From: Candidatus Thorarchaeota archaeon | GTDB lineage: Archaea; Asgardarchaeota; Thorarchaeia; Thorarchaeales; Thorarchaeaceae | DNA: 64,000 nucleotides | Reading direction: 5' to 3' | NCBI GenBank assembly: GCA_011364985.1 | Contig: RDOC01000007.1 | Span: 1,495-65,494, forward strand | Shown: piece by piece, positions 17,907 through 28,999 of the stretch | How the letters are laid out: each line of letters begins with the position of its first letter | Position numbering within the stretch: position 1 is the stretch's first letter | The notes under the pieces: generated by a model | What the model saw: only the letters and a program-made list of their open reading frames with translations | The model's database searches: none | Told to the model about the DNA's origin: nothing | Position numbers and translations under genes: made by a program

Positions 17907-18158
17907 CTCTTTACTTATAGCAACATATCATACTACATTCGACGGCATGTTGAGATTCTATCAATAAAATTGAGCACGAGTCAAGTACTAAGATTCCACT
18001 GACTTAACTGCCCAGCCATTGACAGGCTCTCTTTGATAAACCCAATCTTATCAGAACGCTGAAGACCTCCAGACACCATCATTTGCATCGAATACAAATA
18101 TATGGAATACAAACAGAATCTTTTTTCACGAATTTTCGTTCAAAACTGGAACGGTATC

Positions 18159-19481
18159 TCATCTGCAGGTCTCGTTAGTAGGTTCTTTTAGTATCATATT
18201 CCAAGTACTCAGTGCTCTCTTCTTTTCCTCTATCACAGGGTCCCTTGCTCTCATCAAGGCAAAACCTGCTGCAATGAGCAAGGCTGCAGCCAATACAAAA
18301 GGAAGCGCACCAATGAGACCTGAATGAGAAACGCCTTCAACTGGCGTCGCAGTAAGGTCTGCCAAGAAACCGAGCAAGATTGGACCAGTAACAAATCCCA
18401 TGTCACTAATCATACGATAGAGGCCCATTGACACCTCAAGTTTGTCTTGTGGCGACACATCCGTTACGTATGCAGCTATTGGTCCTGATAGTCCTGTTGC
18501 TGCTCCGTACATCGCCATTACTGCTGTGAAACCGAACATGTCCATCGAGAACGGAATGAGTGTTGTAACAGCAGCAATCGCAAGCAGGCAGAGTATCAGA
18601 GGATTTCTCCTTCCGATTCTATCTGAGATAGTCCCCATAGGAATCATTGTGATAGCCGTTGTTACCCCTGCAACTGTAAGGATTATACCTATCCTAGTTG
18701 AGTCCAAACTTAGATTATTGCCAGCATAGAGTGGGACAAGGGTACTTCGTACTCCGGTCCTGATGAAGAATAGAGTGAATGTTGCGAATGTCGCAAGAAG
18801 AAATGAAGGGGCAGATAGAATCTGCCACACATCACTGAAGATTGATTTTGGCTTGAAGTCTAAAGAAACATACTCGGAGCTTGTTATGTTGGGTAATACT
18901 AGAGTTGGAACGACTCCGAATCCCGAAACCAGCGCATAGGCAAAGAATGGAGCGTGGATGTCATAGATACCAGCAATCAGACCGCCAAATGTGGGTCCGA
19001 AGATGCTTCCGAGGAGAAGCATACCCATGTATAAGCTCATCCATTGCCCACGCTTTTCTTTTCCAGAGATTTGGGCCAGAAACACTGTGGCAGCAGTAAC
19101 ATACATAGCGGACCCTACTCCCTCTATCATTCGGGCAATGACTAAGACGCTGTAATTGGGAGCAATACCGGCCAGTATAGACGATAATAGAATCAGTGTC
19201 AAACCGGTAATCATGATCTTCTTCTTGTTGAACTTCCTTGAGAGAAGACCTGCTGGCACATCAAGAACCATTCTTGTAACGGCAAAGGCAGAGATGACAA
19301 AACCGACCAACGTGTACGAAACTTGGAAGCTCTCTGCGTAATCAGGAAGAATTGGTGCTACCATATTCAAGCCCAGCAGCACTAAGAATGTCACCAGTGA
19401 GAGATTCAATACTGTCCAGATGTTTCCGTCCATTTCTGGATTTTCCATATTCCCGTTGTTAGGCTCGCTTCGGTCTTCCAA
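18159..19481 (-). CDS. MFS transporter
   Basis: 440 aa, 12 predicted TM segments, MFS-like loop motifs (GxLxDRxGRR-like RIGRRNP). Confidence 0.8.
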   Translation of the reverse strand: MEDRSEPNNGNMENPEMDGNIWTVLNLSLVTFLVLLGLNMVAPILPDYAESFQVSYTLVGFVISAFAVTRMVLDVPAGLLSRKFNKKKIMITGLTLILLSSILAGIAPNYSVLVIARMIEGVGSAMYVTAATVFLAQISGKEKRGQWMSLYMGMLLLGSIFGPTFGGLIAGIYDIHAPFFAYALVSGFGVVPTLVLPNITSSEYVSLDFKPKSIFSDVWQILSAPSFLLATFATFTLFFIRTGVRSTLVPLYAGNNLSLDSTRIGIILTVAGVTTAITMIPMGTISDRIGRRNPLILCLLAIAAVTTLIPFSMDMFGFTAVMAMYGAATGLSGPIAAYVTDVSPQDKLEVSMGLYRMISDMGFVTGPILLGFLADLTATPVEGVSHSGLIGALPFVLAAALLIAAGFALMRARDPVIEEKKRALSTWNMILKEPTNETCR

Positions 19482-19537
19482 GTTTCTGGTCTTCCTAATT
19501 CTCTTTTATTGAGATTCAGCAGTCAATGATTTTGAGG

Positions 19538-21100
19538 CTAACTGGGTTCTCCTTTCCTGTTCCCCTGCTTTTGATGTTCTTTTGAAGTCGTAGGTTCGGC
19601 CCCATCACTGAGTTGCTTCGCTCTCCTTTTCCTTTTAACAGCTTTCTTGGTTAGTTTCATTGGAGTCTGAAAAGTATGACGAAGTCCATCAATTGTTGAT
19701 ATTGTTCTCACATTTCGTCTTGTTTCAGCTATTATTGCCTCCAACACGACCTTTTCTTCCACCTCTCCTTCCTCCTTGATATATGCCAGCCTATAGAGTG
19801 CAAGAAGTCCCAATAGAACAGAGAAGATGAAAATGAAGTCAAGGCCCATCAGTCGATATGTGTCAATTATCGTCACACCGTGCGGTCCAGTCCAAGTTAT
19901 GGAGAATGAAAGCTCGTATAAGTTGAAGACATCCGCTAAGGTTCCTGCAAGAATGGGTGCGATTGTTCCTGTAAACGCCGCGACCACCCCCTTTGCCGCA
20001 AGATACACCGAAGACTCCCCTCTTGGTGCGATTTTCAGTCCAATGTTGTTTGAGCTGAGATTCACACCAGCAGCCGAGAAGCCTGTGAGAATGTGGATCA
20101 TCACAAGCAAATGGACAACAAAGCCATAGTCCACTGCTATGGAGGAAAACGTCCAAAGAAGTGTTCCTAACATGAAGACTGGAACCGTGACTTGCAGGAT
20201 GGACTTGTTGCTGAATCTGTCTGAGAGCCTTCCCCAAAATCTAAAGAAGATCACACTAGTTAGCTGGGTCAGAGCCGCTAACGCTGCGACTAAGGGGACT
20301 GCGAGGCCCAATCGAAGCAATAGGTAAACTGTGAAGAATGGAGCGGCTAGTCCTGTACTGAATCCCCAAATTGCTGTAAACCACATCAGGTTCCTGTAGT
20401 TTGTGTTCTGAAATGGTTTGGCCATGAGATCTGAATAGCCTAGCTTCTCCTGTGTTGTATGCAACGGTGGCTCAGGGGTAGTGGATGTGTAGTATAGTGC
20501 AGTCATTCCTGCGATGAATGCAAGAAAGAAGATGATTGAATACCCACTTACAATATCATCTGGGTTTGCAGAGGACCATACGCCAATAAAGAATCCTCCA
20601 AGAAGGGATGCGAGAATTCCCACAATCCCCATGATTGCCATTCTTTTAGCAAAGAAGCTTCCAAGTCTATCTTGGGGAACCAAGTCTCTAAGCCATGAGT
20701 TCCAGCTGGGCGCTCCTAGAGCAGTGAAGATTGATTGAATGGTAATCGAACCGAGCAGCAGGACAAGTCCAATCTCGGAAGTCGAAATGAAGGGAATGAG
20801 AGCTAGTAGAAGCACGCCCAATCTGTTTCCAAGCTGAGTAAGGAGATTAAGATTCCGTCGGTTTCTATATTTCTGAATCAGAATCACTGCTGGCATTTGC
20901 AAGAACTGCGTTAACGAGGGAATTGCTGCAAGTATCCCAATCACACTATTCGGTGCACCCAGTAGAATCGCAAAAGCCACCAGAAACACACTCTCTGTAA
21001 GTGTGGTTCTTATCTGAACGGCGGCTCCTTGGCCCACCATCTTTGAGAGAGCCTTCTCTGTTTCTTCAGATGACAATTCAGACACGGGCTCTTGGCTCAT
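19538..21100 (-). CDS. MFS transporter with charged C-terminal extension
   Basis: 520 aa. MFS-like TM pattern. C-terminal K/R/E-rich tail. Confidence 0.75.
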   Translation of the reverse strand: MSQEPVSELSSEETEKALSKMVGQGAAVQIRTTLTESVFLVAFAILLGAPNSVIGILAAIPSLTQFLQMPAVILIQKYRNRRNLNLLTQLGNRLGVLLLALIPFISTSEIGLVLLLGSITIQSIFTALGAPSWNSWLRDLVPQDRLGSFFAKRMAIMGIVGILASLLGGFFIGVWSSANPDDIVSGYSIIFFLAFIAGMTALYYTSTTPEPPLHTTQEKLGYSDLMAKPFQNTNYRNLMWFTAIWGFSTGLAAPFFTVYLLLRLGLAVPLVAALAALTQLTSVIFFRFWGRLSDRFSNKSILQVTVPVFMLGTLLWTFSSIAVDYGFVVHLLVMIHILTGFSAAGVNLSSNNIGLKIAPRGESSVYLAAKGVVAAFTGTIAPILAGTLADVFNLYELSFSITWTGPHGVTIIDTYRLMGLDFIFIFSVLLGLLALYRLAYIKEEGEVEEKVVLEAIIAETRRNVRTISTIDGLRHTFQTPMKLTKKAVKRKRRAKQLSDGAEPTTSKEHQKQGNRKGEPS

Positions 21101-21201
21101 TGCCCTCAGGCTCCATTATCGGGACTTAACAGCCCTTTGACAGATAGATTCAGCCTAATGAAGATTCGTACACGAATGCACTACAAAGGTAGTTTCTTTG
21201 G

Positions 21202-22695
21202 TTATCGGTTCAGCTTCTCAAGTTGTTTCAGGGTCCACAAGCCCCTCTCGGTCAATGCGTAGTAGCTTCTTTGTCGCCTCTGATATGTTTGCTCTATCCG
21301 AGTGCTCTTGATTAGCCCGCTACTAGTCAGTTCAGAAAGATGCTGGTATACACTTGGAATTTTGATGCATATTCTGTACTCATCCATTAGTTCTCTCCAA
21401 ATTCCGTACCCATAAGATTCGCCCTCAGAGAGAACTTCAAGAATTCGCATTTTAGTTTGACCCAGTTTGGTAGTGACTCTCCTGCCCTCTACTCTACTAA
21501 GAAGACGTTCCAGCTCTCTTCTGCCTTTAACAAACGTCCTAGCAATGTCGGGATATTTGAGCCCCATTCCAGTTATTGCACATACGACACTCTGGTCTTG
21601 ACTAATCTTCCCCAAAAGAACTAGCCTTTTCAGAGCCGCGATTGTCGTAGCTGAAGCTGGTTCGGCAAAGACCCCTTCCCGTCTAGCTAGTTGTTTGACC
21701 GCATCCAGAATCTCCCTATCAGACACAGAAATTGCTAGTCCATTTGATTCTGCGATTGCTCTTAGCGCAGTGTGCCCACAGAGAGGGCTCTTCACACTGA
21801 TATCATAAGCTATTGTCGATTCGGATGTTGCAGGAGAAACCGTTCTTTCTCCTTTCTCGAAGGCCTCAACGATGGGAGCACAACCGCTAGCCTGTGCGCC
21901 TACGATTCTGGTATGACAAACGTCTATCATCCCAATGGTTTGTAGTTCGATCAATCCTTTCCAAATCATCGATATGTGTCCTCCATTTCCCATAGGGGCA
22001 ATAATCCAGTCTGGGGAAGTCCAGTCTAGCTGTTCACATATCTCATAGACTGTTGTCTTTTCTCCCTCCATAAAATGCGGATTGGAGGAGGCGACGCAGT
22101 GGCTCATCTTGCCTTCTTGTCGAGCTCTTGCTAAGGCCTCATCATGGTCCTTGACAATCTCTACATCAGCGGCATAGGCTAGAATCTGATAGAACTTGCC
22201 TATGTCCACATTTCCCGTCTGCCCTATGAACACCTTGCTCTTAAGACCTGCACGGGCAGCATAGGCAACAAGAGATGCGGCAAGATTTCCCGTGGACCCA
22301 CAACAGACAGAAGCAATTCTGTGTTCTTTGGCTGCAGAGATCTCTACTGCTGTTCCTCGGTCAATAAAGGCTCCAGTTGGATTGGTGGTCTCATCCTTGA
22401 GGAACAGTTCGTCAAGTTCAAGGTCCTTTGCGAGTCCATCGCACTTATGAAGGTACGTCCCTCCTTCTCCTAGAGATATAATGTTGGTCTCGCTTCGGAC
22501 TGGAAGCAGATCGAGATACTTCCAAACACCGGGTCTACGACCTCTTAATCTCCTTGATGTGAAATGACTCTTCGCTCTCTCAAGATCATAGACTACCTCC
22601 AAGGCTCCTCCACATTGTACGCAGGAACTTCGATGGGTTTCCGAGTCATAGACTGACCCACATACCGTACATGTGAAACCAGTTTGGAGAAACAT
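21202..22695 (-). CDS. Threonine-synthase-like PLP-fold protein with N-terminal Zn ribbon and C-terminal PadR-type wHTH domain; canonical PLP lysine replaced (GAFIDRG)
   Basis: CTVCGS..CVQCGG ribbon. LKDETTNPTGAFIDRG..CGSTGN aligns to ThrC NPTGSFKDRG but has I at the Lys position. C-terminal RILEVLSEGESYGYGI..YYALTERG matches the PadR family. Confidence 0.8.
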   Translation of the reverse strand: MFLQTGFTCTVCGSVYDSETHRSSCVQCGGALEVVYDLERAKSHFTSRRLRGRRPGVWKYLDLLPVRSETNIISLGEGGTYLHKCDGLAKDLELDELFLKDETTNPTGAFIDRGTAVEISAAKEHRIASVCCGSTGNLAASLVAYAARAGLKSKVFIGQTGNVDIGKFYQILAYAADVEIVKDHDEALARARQEGKMSHCVASSNPHFMEGEKTTVYEICEQLDWTSPDWIIAPMGNGGHISMIWKGLIELQTIGMIDVCHTRIVGAQASGCAPIVEAFEKGERTVSPATSESTIAYDISVKSPLCGHTALRAIAESNGLAISVSDREILDAVKQLARREGVFAEPASATTIAALKRLVLLGKISQDQSVVCAITGMGLKYPDIARTFVKGRRELERLLSRVEGRRVTTKLGQTKMRILEVLSEGESYGYGIWRELMDEYRICIKIPSVYQHLSELTSSGLIKSTRIEQTYQRRQRSYYALTERGLWTLKQLEKLNR

Positions 22696-22788
22696 ATTCT
22701 TTCATACTTATATATAGGCTCAAGGTTATATATCCTTCTCTCCAGAGCAGATTTGTTCAAGATGGTGGCACCCACAAGAGGATGAATA

Positions 22789-23394
22789 TTGATGGAATAC
22801 TTCAAACCCAAAACACGCAGCTATTCAGTATACCTGTCCTTGTTGGCAGTACTAACAGCCTTAACAACTGTGGCGACGATCATAATTGCCATTCCATTTC
22901 CAACGAGTACTGGGTATCTGAATTTTGGCGACGTACTAGTGATGCTCAGCGGTTTACTGCTAGGTCCTATTGGGGGATTTCTTGCTGGAGGCATTGGATC
23001 CGCAATGGGCGATGTCGCTCTGGGCTATATCCACTTCGCACCGATAACTCTTGTTGTGAAAGGATGCGAGGGGCTGATAGTTGGTCTGCTCAGCATTAGA
23101 GTGCGAACCTCTAAGACTCTTACCTTGTATGATGTTGCAGGACTAATTCTATCGTCTCTTATCATGTTACTCGGATATTTCGTTGCTGAAGTTTTCCTGT
23201 TTGGATATGCGGCCGCTTTAGCCGAATTACTCACACTAAACTGGATTCAAGTCACAGTTGGCTCTATAATCACTGCACTCATTGGACCCACTACAAGAGG
23301 ATTTCTTCAGCAGTTTCTCTACACGCCCGAGAATGAAATACTAGAGGATGGTAGGTCCGCTGAATTTGATGCGGTACCTGAACAGACAACTTGA
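22789..23394 (+). CDS. ECF-type transporter S (substrate-binding membrane) component
   Basis: GYLNFGDVLVMLSGLLLGPIGGFLAGGIGSAMGDVALGY.. is typical of ECF S components (BioY/ThiW-like). No A/T components nearby. Confidence 0.6.
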   Translation: MMEYFKPKTRSYSVYLSLLAVLTALTTVATIIIAIPFPTSTGYLNFGDVLVMLSGLLLGPIGGFLAGGIGSAMGDVALGYIHFAPITLVVKGCEGLIVGLLSIRVRTSKTLTLYDVAGLILSSLIMLLGYFVAEVFLFGYAAALAELLTLNWIQVTVGSIITALIGPTTRGFLQQFLYTPENEILEDGRSAEFDAVPEQTT

Positions 23395-23537
23395 GGCCGT
23401 ATGCAACGGAGAAGAATAGTAGGTCATTCCCAAAAACTAGATTCCGGCATACAGGACGTTCATTTTGTTTCACGATGGGCGAATTCTTGGTGCGAAAGAC
23501 TCATACTCTGGAGACCTCCAAGTAGTACGGGACTAAA

Positions 23538-24212
23538 ATGGGCGAATACTACTCAGACTGTCTGTCTGCCTGGCGACTCAAGAAATGCTATGATATTGCT
23601 CCTAAACGCACAAGACAATACTTGGAGGCTGAAATCTCGTATATTCTCAGTAAGATTGACCAGCAGGATTCAGTTTTGGAACTTGGATGCGGCTATGGGC
23701 GGATATTAAGACGTCTTGTTCCGTTCTGCACGAAAATCACAGGGATTGATATTTCCCTTGAAAGCTTGGCTCTGGGTCTAAACGAACTTCAGCCGATACT
23801 AGGGAGGAATCTATTACAGGTGAATGCAGACACGCTTCCATTTGCCAATGAACAGTTTGATTTTGTTCTTTGCGTTCAAAATGGCATATCAGCATTCAAG
23901 CTCGATTCCTTGAGTCTGGTGAAAGAGAGCATGAGAGTAACACGTTCAGGAGGTTTGTGCCTGTTCTCTAGTTACTCGGAGAAATTCTGGGGGCATCGTC
24001 TTGAGTGGTTCAGGCTTCAATCCGAACAGGGTCTTATTGGACCAATCAATTGGGAAGAAACGCGTAATGGCATTATTGTCTGTGAAGATGGATTTAGAGC
24101 CACTACTTACAGAGCAAAGGATTTCAAAGAGCTGGCCGCTAGGCTTGGAGTAAGATGTCAGGTCATTGAAGTTGATGATTCATGCCTGTTCTGCGAGATT
24201 CCTGTGAAATAA
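23538..24212 (+). CDS. Class I SAM-dependent methyltransferase
   Basis: VLELGCGYGR motif I. Confidence 0.7.
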   Translation: MGEYYSDCLSAWRLKKCYDIAPKRTRQYLEAEISYILSKIDQQDSVLELGCGYGRILRRLVPFCTKITGIDISLESLALGLNELQPILGRNLLQVNADTLPFANEQFDFVLCVQNGISAFKLDSLSLVKESMRVTRSGGLCLFSSYSEKFWGHRLEWFRLQSEQGLIGPINWEETRNGIIVCEDGFRATTYRAKDFKELAARLGVRCQVIEVDDSCLFCEIPVK

Positions 24213-24534
24213 TATTGCTCGACCATCAAGAATCGAATCTTAGTCAATAGTTAGATTGGGATTTTAGTTTCCTTTCAGGTGTTCTTTATTTGAACTCAGG
24301 CATCATCATCCTCGTCAATACATTGATGGGTCTCTTCGATATTTCATCGGTCAGAGCGGAAGTTCTGATGAATAGGGTTGGCTGACAGGTTTGTGTTCTT
24401 AGCTCTTCGTTAGTCCTCTTGTTAAATGATACTTCTCCTTCACGAGATACGGTTTCCCTCTTGGGATGGAACGCTCTGAGATTCATTTTGCTACCTGCAG
24501 CCGCCAGCAGAGGTTTCCTCTTTCCAGAAATGAA

Positions 24535-25461
24535 TCATGCCCTTAGCATGATTATGCCTAGAGCGGCAATACTAACAAGAATGCCAACACCGTATGCAAC
24601 GTCAAAGTAAGGCATCAAACCTGATAGATCAACTAACAAGAACATATAGGTGAAGAGCAATGGTACAACCATGGCGATGATTATCAAGAATATCCTTTCA
24701 ATGACGCCGAATCCTACTCTATCAAGTGAGAACATTCGAATCCACAAGACAAAGGTCACGAGAGCAAGTGGAGGGAAAGGCAGGAAGAACATTGCCAATG
24801 GGAGGAGAATCATGCCGCTAAGAAATGCACGAATTGAGTCAAGTTGTATTCTGTATCTTTCAAACTCCTGAGCATAGATCCTTCCATAATCACGTCTGAA
24901 GTATGACTGATATCCTCTCCATGCTATGAATCTCCATCTATCAAAGGTCTTTCTTACTCTTGCACTGTCAGTTTCACGCCAGCTAGGGTCATACTTCCCT
25001 TCGATTAGCGGAAGCAAATAGACAAAGATGAATAACAACCATACCCCTGCCAGTGATGTCAGTATTTCGATCTGAGTGAGAGACTCTGAATAGATTAGAG
25101 ACCGGATAAAGACTGTTCCAGCGTAAGCTAATACACCGATTATTGGAACCGTCACAGCAGCTTTCAGTATGCCTGCTTTTCCCTGATTTCCTTTTACCCA
25201 ACCCGACAATCCACTGAAAACAAGAACACACAAGAACGCATAGGTCAACATGATGCCTGTGCCGCTTAGAAATTTCATCACAGATCCTGAAACAAGAAGA
25301 AGCTCGTTTGTTATCATTATGCTGACTAGCAATCTAATATCCCAATCCGTGAGGTAAAGAAGTATCAGAAATGCAACGATTCCTACGACCAAGGCAAGGG
25401 CATAGCTCAGCATTTGATCATCGGATATCCGAATGCTCAGTTTCGTAATGGGATCTGTCAT
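24535..25461 (-). CDS. Hypothetical polytopic membrane protein
   Basis: 308 aa, several TM segments. Confidence 0.45.
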   Translation of the reverse strand: MTDPITKLSIRISDDQMLSYALALVVGIVAFLILLYLTDWDIRLLVSIMITNELLLVSGSVMKFLSGTGIMLTYAFLCVLVFSGLSGWVKGNQGKAGILKAAVTVPIIGVLAYAGTVFIRSLIYSESLTQIEILTSLAGVWLLFIFVYLLPLIEGKYDPSWRETDSARVRKTFDRWRFIAWRGYQSYFRRDYGRIYAQEFERYRIQLDSIRAFLSGMILLPLAMFFLPFPPLALVTFVLWIRMFSLDRVGFGVIERIFLIIIAMVVPLLFTYMFLLVDLSGLMPYFDVAYGVGILVSIAALGIIMLRA

Positions 25462-25691
25462 TTCTGGTCGGCACTCATCGTAGTGTTCTGATGTGTACAG
25501 TCAACTAGTCTGCAATTGAAGCAATACTATCCAACACGGCTCGAATCATAGTAGTGAGCCTCCAGTGATAAGTGGCATGGTTTTTCTCAGGTTATTCTCC
25601 TCTAAGCCACAATTGAAGCTCTTCAACCTGATTTTAATGAACCACGAAAGTCCTCTCTGCCGAAGAACAGGAGCCCGACTCCAGTTGTCTT

Positions 25692-26600
25692 CTAGAATAC
25701 TAGCACCACCAATGCTACTCCGAGAAAGGCAAGAATTGTGCCCACAATGACTTGCCCTGTTGCCTTTTCATCAAGAATGACAATGGAAATTGGTGTACTC
25801 ACAAGAGGAGACGCTGCCAAAATGACCGAGTTCACCGTCGCACCAATATATGCCACTGCGAAAGTCAATAGAACGAGCGTGACGCTAAACCCAACAAATC
25901 CTGTTGCCAAAACTATTCCCAACAGCTTTCTATCAGTACGAATGGCACTTTTTTTTCCCGAATATGGCACTAGTGGAAGGAACACTATAACTCCAATGAT
26001 GATTCTTATGAAATTCGCATCTAACGGGTCGACATCAATAAGACCAACCTGAAGCGTCAGATCACTCAAGGCCCATGCAACGAACGTGACGAGGGCAAGG
26101 CCAACTCCAATAATTATCTTTTCCTGGTCCTCAGTCGAGTTTCTCGCTTGTTTGTGCTGGTCCCGAGTTATCAGTCCAATACCCACTACTACCATGATCG
26201 CACCCAAGACTCTAGTTGGAATGACCGGCTCATTGAGAAAAAGTGCTGCAAGAAGATAGACCAAGAGAGGATAGCTCGCGGATATGGGAAAAGCCCTGGA
26301 AACGCCAATTCTTTCTTGGCTTTCGAAGTAGAGAAGATCTCCTATTACAAGTCCAATGACCATTGAGAAAGTCAAGAACAGGAATCCATCCAAGGTCAAA
26401 GAAATGCCATCAGGATTGAAGGGAGGAAGTACCAGAACTATGGCTAATGGAAGACTAATCAAGGACCTTGTGATAACAATCTCAAGAGGTGTAATCCTAT
26501 CCCCAAGTTTCTTGTAGACAACATTCGTGGCAGCAAATAGGGCTGCTGTAATGATTGATGCAAGTACTCCCAGAATGTAGACACCAGTAGCTGTTTGCAA
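25692..26600 (-). CDS. DMT-superfamily (EamA) transporter
   Basis: 302 aa, 10 TM, duplicated EamA-like halves. Confidence 0.7.
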   Translation of the reverse strand: MQTATGVYILGVLASIITAALFAATNVVYKKLGDRITPLEIVITRSLISLPLAIVLVLPPFNPDGISLTLDGFLFLTFSMVIGLVIGDLLYFESQERIGVSRAFPISASYPLLVYLLAALFLNEPVIPTRVLGAIMVVVGIGLITRDQHKQARNSTEDQEKIIIGVGLALVTFVAWALSDLTLQVGLIDVDPLDANFIRIIIGVIVFLPLVPYSGKKSAIRTDRKLLGIVLATGFVGFSVTLVLLTFAVAYIGATVNSVILAASPLVSTPISIVILDEKATGQVIVGTILAFLGVALVVLVF

Positions 26601-26633
26601 TTGGGGTTCACCAGACCTTCCTTCCTCGGCGTT

Positions 26634-28814
26634 CTAGTTTCCTTTATGAAGTCGTTTGTGCAAGTGATTGAACGAAATAACTCCCTTCTTACTTATGTTC
26701 AAATCCAATTCTCTCTCAAGTTGCTTCATTGCACCTGCGAACCAATCGTATTGGATATTGCTACTTGATGCAATTCTAAGTATATTTCCAATGAATCTTA
26801 TGACTGCTTCTTTTCTGGTTCGTGCCATGTTGCTATCGAGGGCAAACCGTAAGGCACGTTCCAAAAGCTGAGCCGGAGTTGAGAGAGAAGTCAATATGTC
26901 CAGTCTTGGCTTACAAAACAACACGAGATCCATGTCAAGAGTGTCTTTCTGTCGAATATGCGGGTTCATCTTGTACTCGCTGTTAACTGGGAATGAAGTG
27001 TTGATTGAGAAACCGCTTTCTCTTAATGCACACAGAATCGCCCACCATGCCTGCAATTTGGAGTGATGGAACGTGAACGCTAGAGTTCCTTCTTCCTTTA
27101 GCACTCTTCGGCACTCTTTGAAGACAGAGACCATAATCTGTTGGTATTTTTTGCTATCCTTACCCATTCCTAAATTTACTACTGCCTCGTTCTCAGGTGA
27201 AACATACTTCTCTTCAAAATACTCGTTCTCAATCAGCAATCTTAGCCAAACGTAGAAGAAATTGGAAAGTTCTGAGTAGTGAACATTGTCAAAATACGGC
27301 GGATCTGTGATTACCAAGTCAACGGAATTGTCAGGAATCTCCGGCACATGCGATGAATCACGACAGAATAGCATGGCGCCTCGCTTTTCCTTGGTGAGAT
27401 GCTGGAAAGTGTCTACAAATTTAGCTTCTATCCTCTCTGTAGGAGTGAAGACTGTACGAATGCGGCCACTTGCATCCTTGTACTTCTCAAAAGGTCTCCG
27501 ACAATACAGCTTCGCTTTGAGATACCGCTGATAGCAGTTAACAAAGGTCCCAGCACCCATATTCGCAGATCCCCAGAAGGAGTTCTCTACCGGTGTTGTT
27601 GTCAGAGGAAATGAGTGATATGTGAACAGATGGTGAAGCTTTCTGTGCGGATAGTTGTAGGGTGTCATCATGTTATTATACTCAAGGCTATTTGACAAAA
27701 TGGTTACGAAAGCATCTCTATACTCATATGATGTTTTTCCAAGAGACTGCTCAACGAAGTTCAATGCAAGAAGCTGGCGTGAACTGAATATCTGAGAATA
27801 GTATCTATATCCGTGTGTTCGCCATCGTCTAGACGAAGACCCCTTAGGAATGCTCTGATGAGGCAGTGTCATGTCTTCCTTCGTTTCTCGAAATTGTCTT
27901 TCGATTTCCTTGATTCTGGAATAGTCCTTAGAATCAGGTGACTTGTAGAGTCGTTTCTTACAACTGGGACACCAATATTCAATCGCAACAATCCTTTCAG
28001 TCATCAGTCGGCTGTTTCCTGCTACTTCAGCAAGCTTCTGCCCTGCTTCGCCGCAATTTGGACAGCAGAACCTTCCGTGGTCGAACGTCCCCTTCATGGG
28101 ATCAAATTCAGCATTGCAGGCGTTGCACGTACAGATTCCGCTCCCCTCCCATGTGTTCAAACTAAAGCAATTGGCGCAAAAGATGGATGCCTTGTTTTCC
28201 TCAGATATAGGCTTGTTTCTTTTCAATCCCTTATTCAGGAGAGTTCTCTTGTAAAGGGGCACTTGCTTGCTGCACTTGGGACAGATGATCTCTCTAATCC
28301 AAAATACATGGAGTCCTTCGCAGTTCTTTCTTCCACATACAACGCAGTCTGTCCGATATATTTCCCGAATGCTTTCCCCAACTGTTTCATTCAGATTGTC
28401 GAAGATGGATGAAAGCTGCTGCAGATCAATGGGTCTAAGGCTTTCGCGTACAATCCAATATGAAACAGGATTTATATCACAGCCTATTACCTTCGCTCCA
28501 AGCCGATTCGCCTCAACGAGAGTTGTTCCTCCTCCCATGAACGGATCGAACACAATGAGACGTTCGAGATTGGGCGGGTGAAAGTACTTACTGGATTCCA
28601 GCAAGCCTCCGGTTTCATCGATTTCGAAGAGACCATCGTCTAATCCTGCAGCCAGCAGTATGATAGACCGGAATTGCGCTCCTGACCTTCTGGCCCACCA
28701 TTTATGCAGCGAATAAACTGGTCGATAGTGTTGACGCTTTCCAGACTCATCCTGTGCAAGCTTACTGATTGTCCTCTCAATCAATGACTTGAACGGTTGC
28801 CTATTTCTTTTCAT
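26634..28814 (-). CDS. DNA (N6-adenine/N4-cytosine) methyltransferase with internal Zn ribbons, DUF1156-like N-terminus
   Basis: N-terminal ..LHKWWARRSGAQFR.. Motif I VFDPFMGGGTTLVEA. Central CPKC..CANC..CTCNAC..CPNC ribbons. Motif IV DLVITDPPYFDNVHY. Confidence 0.75.
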   Translation of the reverse strand: MKRNRQPFKSLIERTISKLAQDESGKRQHYRPVYSLHKWWARRSGAQFRSIILLAAGLDDGLFEIDETGGLLESSKYFHPPNLERLIVFDPFMGGGTTLVEANRLGAKVIGCDINPVSYWIVRESLRPIDLQQLSSIFDNLNETVGESIREIYRTDCVVCGRKNCEGLHVFWIREIICPKCSKQVPLYKRTLLNKGLKRNKPISEENKASIFCANCFSLNTWEGSGICTCNACNAEFDPMKGTFDHGRFCCPNCGEAGQKLAEVAGNSRLMTERIVAIEYWCPSCKKRLYKSPDSKDYSRIKEIERQFRETKEDMTLPHQSIPKGSSSRRWRTHGYRYYSQIFSSRQLLALNFVEQSLGKTSYEYRDAFVTILSNSLEYNNMMTPYNYPHRKLHHLFTYHSFPLTTTPVENSFWGSANMGAGTFVNCYQRYLKAKLYCRRPFEKYKDASGRIRTVFTPTERIEAKFVDTFQHLTKEKRGAMLFCRDSSHVPEIPDNSVDLVITDPPYFDNVHYSELSNFFYVWLRLLIENEYFEEKYVSPENEAVVNLGMGKDSKKYQQIMVSVFKECRRVLKEEGTLAFTFHHSKLQAWWAILCALRESGFSINTSFPVNSEYKMNPHIRQKDTLDMDLVLFCKPRLDILTSLSTPAQLLERALRFALDSNMARTRKEAVIRFIGNILRIASSSNIQYDWFAGAMKQLERELDLNISKKGVISFNHLHKRLHKGN

Positions 28815-28999
28815 AGGAAGCCTCAGACTGGTCTTGTTGTCAAAGTATGGACATTACGATTTGCTTTCATGTAGCAAGGCGCCTATAAAGCTCCGCTTTG
28901 GCTTCTCAAAGGGAATTGCGACGAACATAATGAAATACTATAAGACGATATTGAATCTATAAATCAGCCAACTCAGGCCTCGCTTTGTGTTGAAACAGT

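Noticed and set aside
24286-24486. 66-aa minus-strand ORF in the 24213-24534 intergenic region
   Set aside because: No motif and odd composition. It cannot be supported beyond being an open frame.
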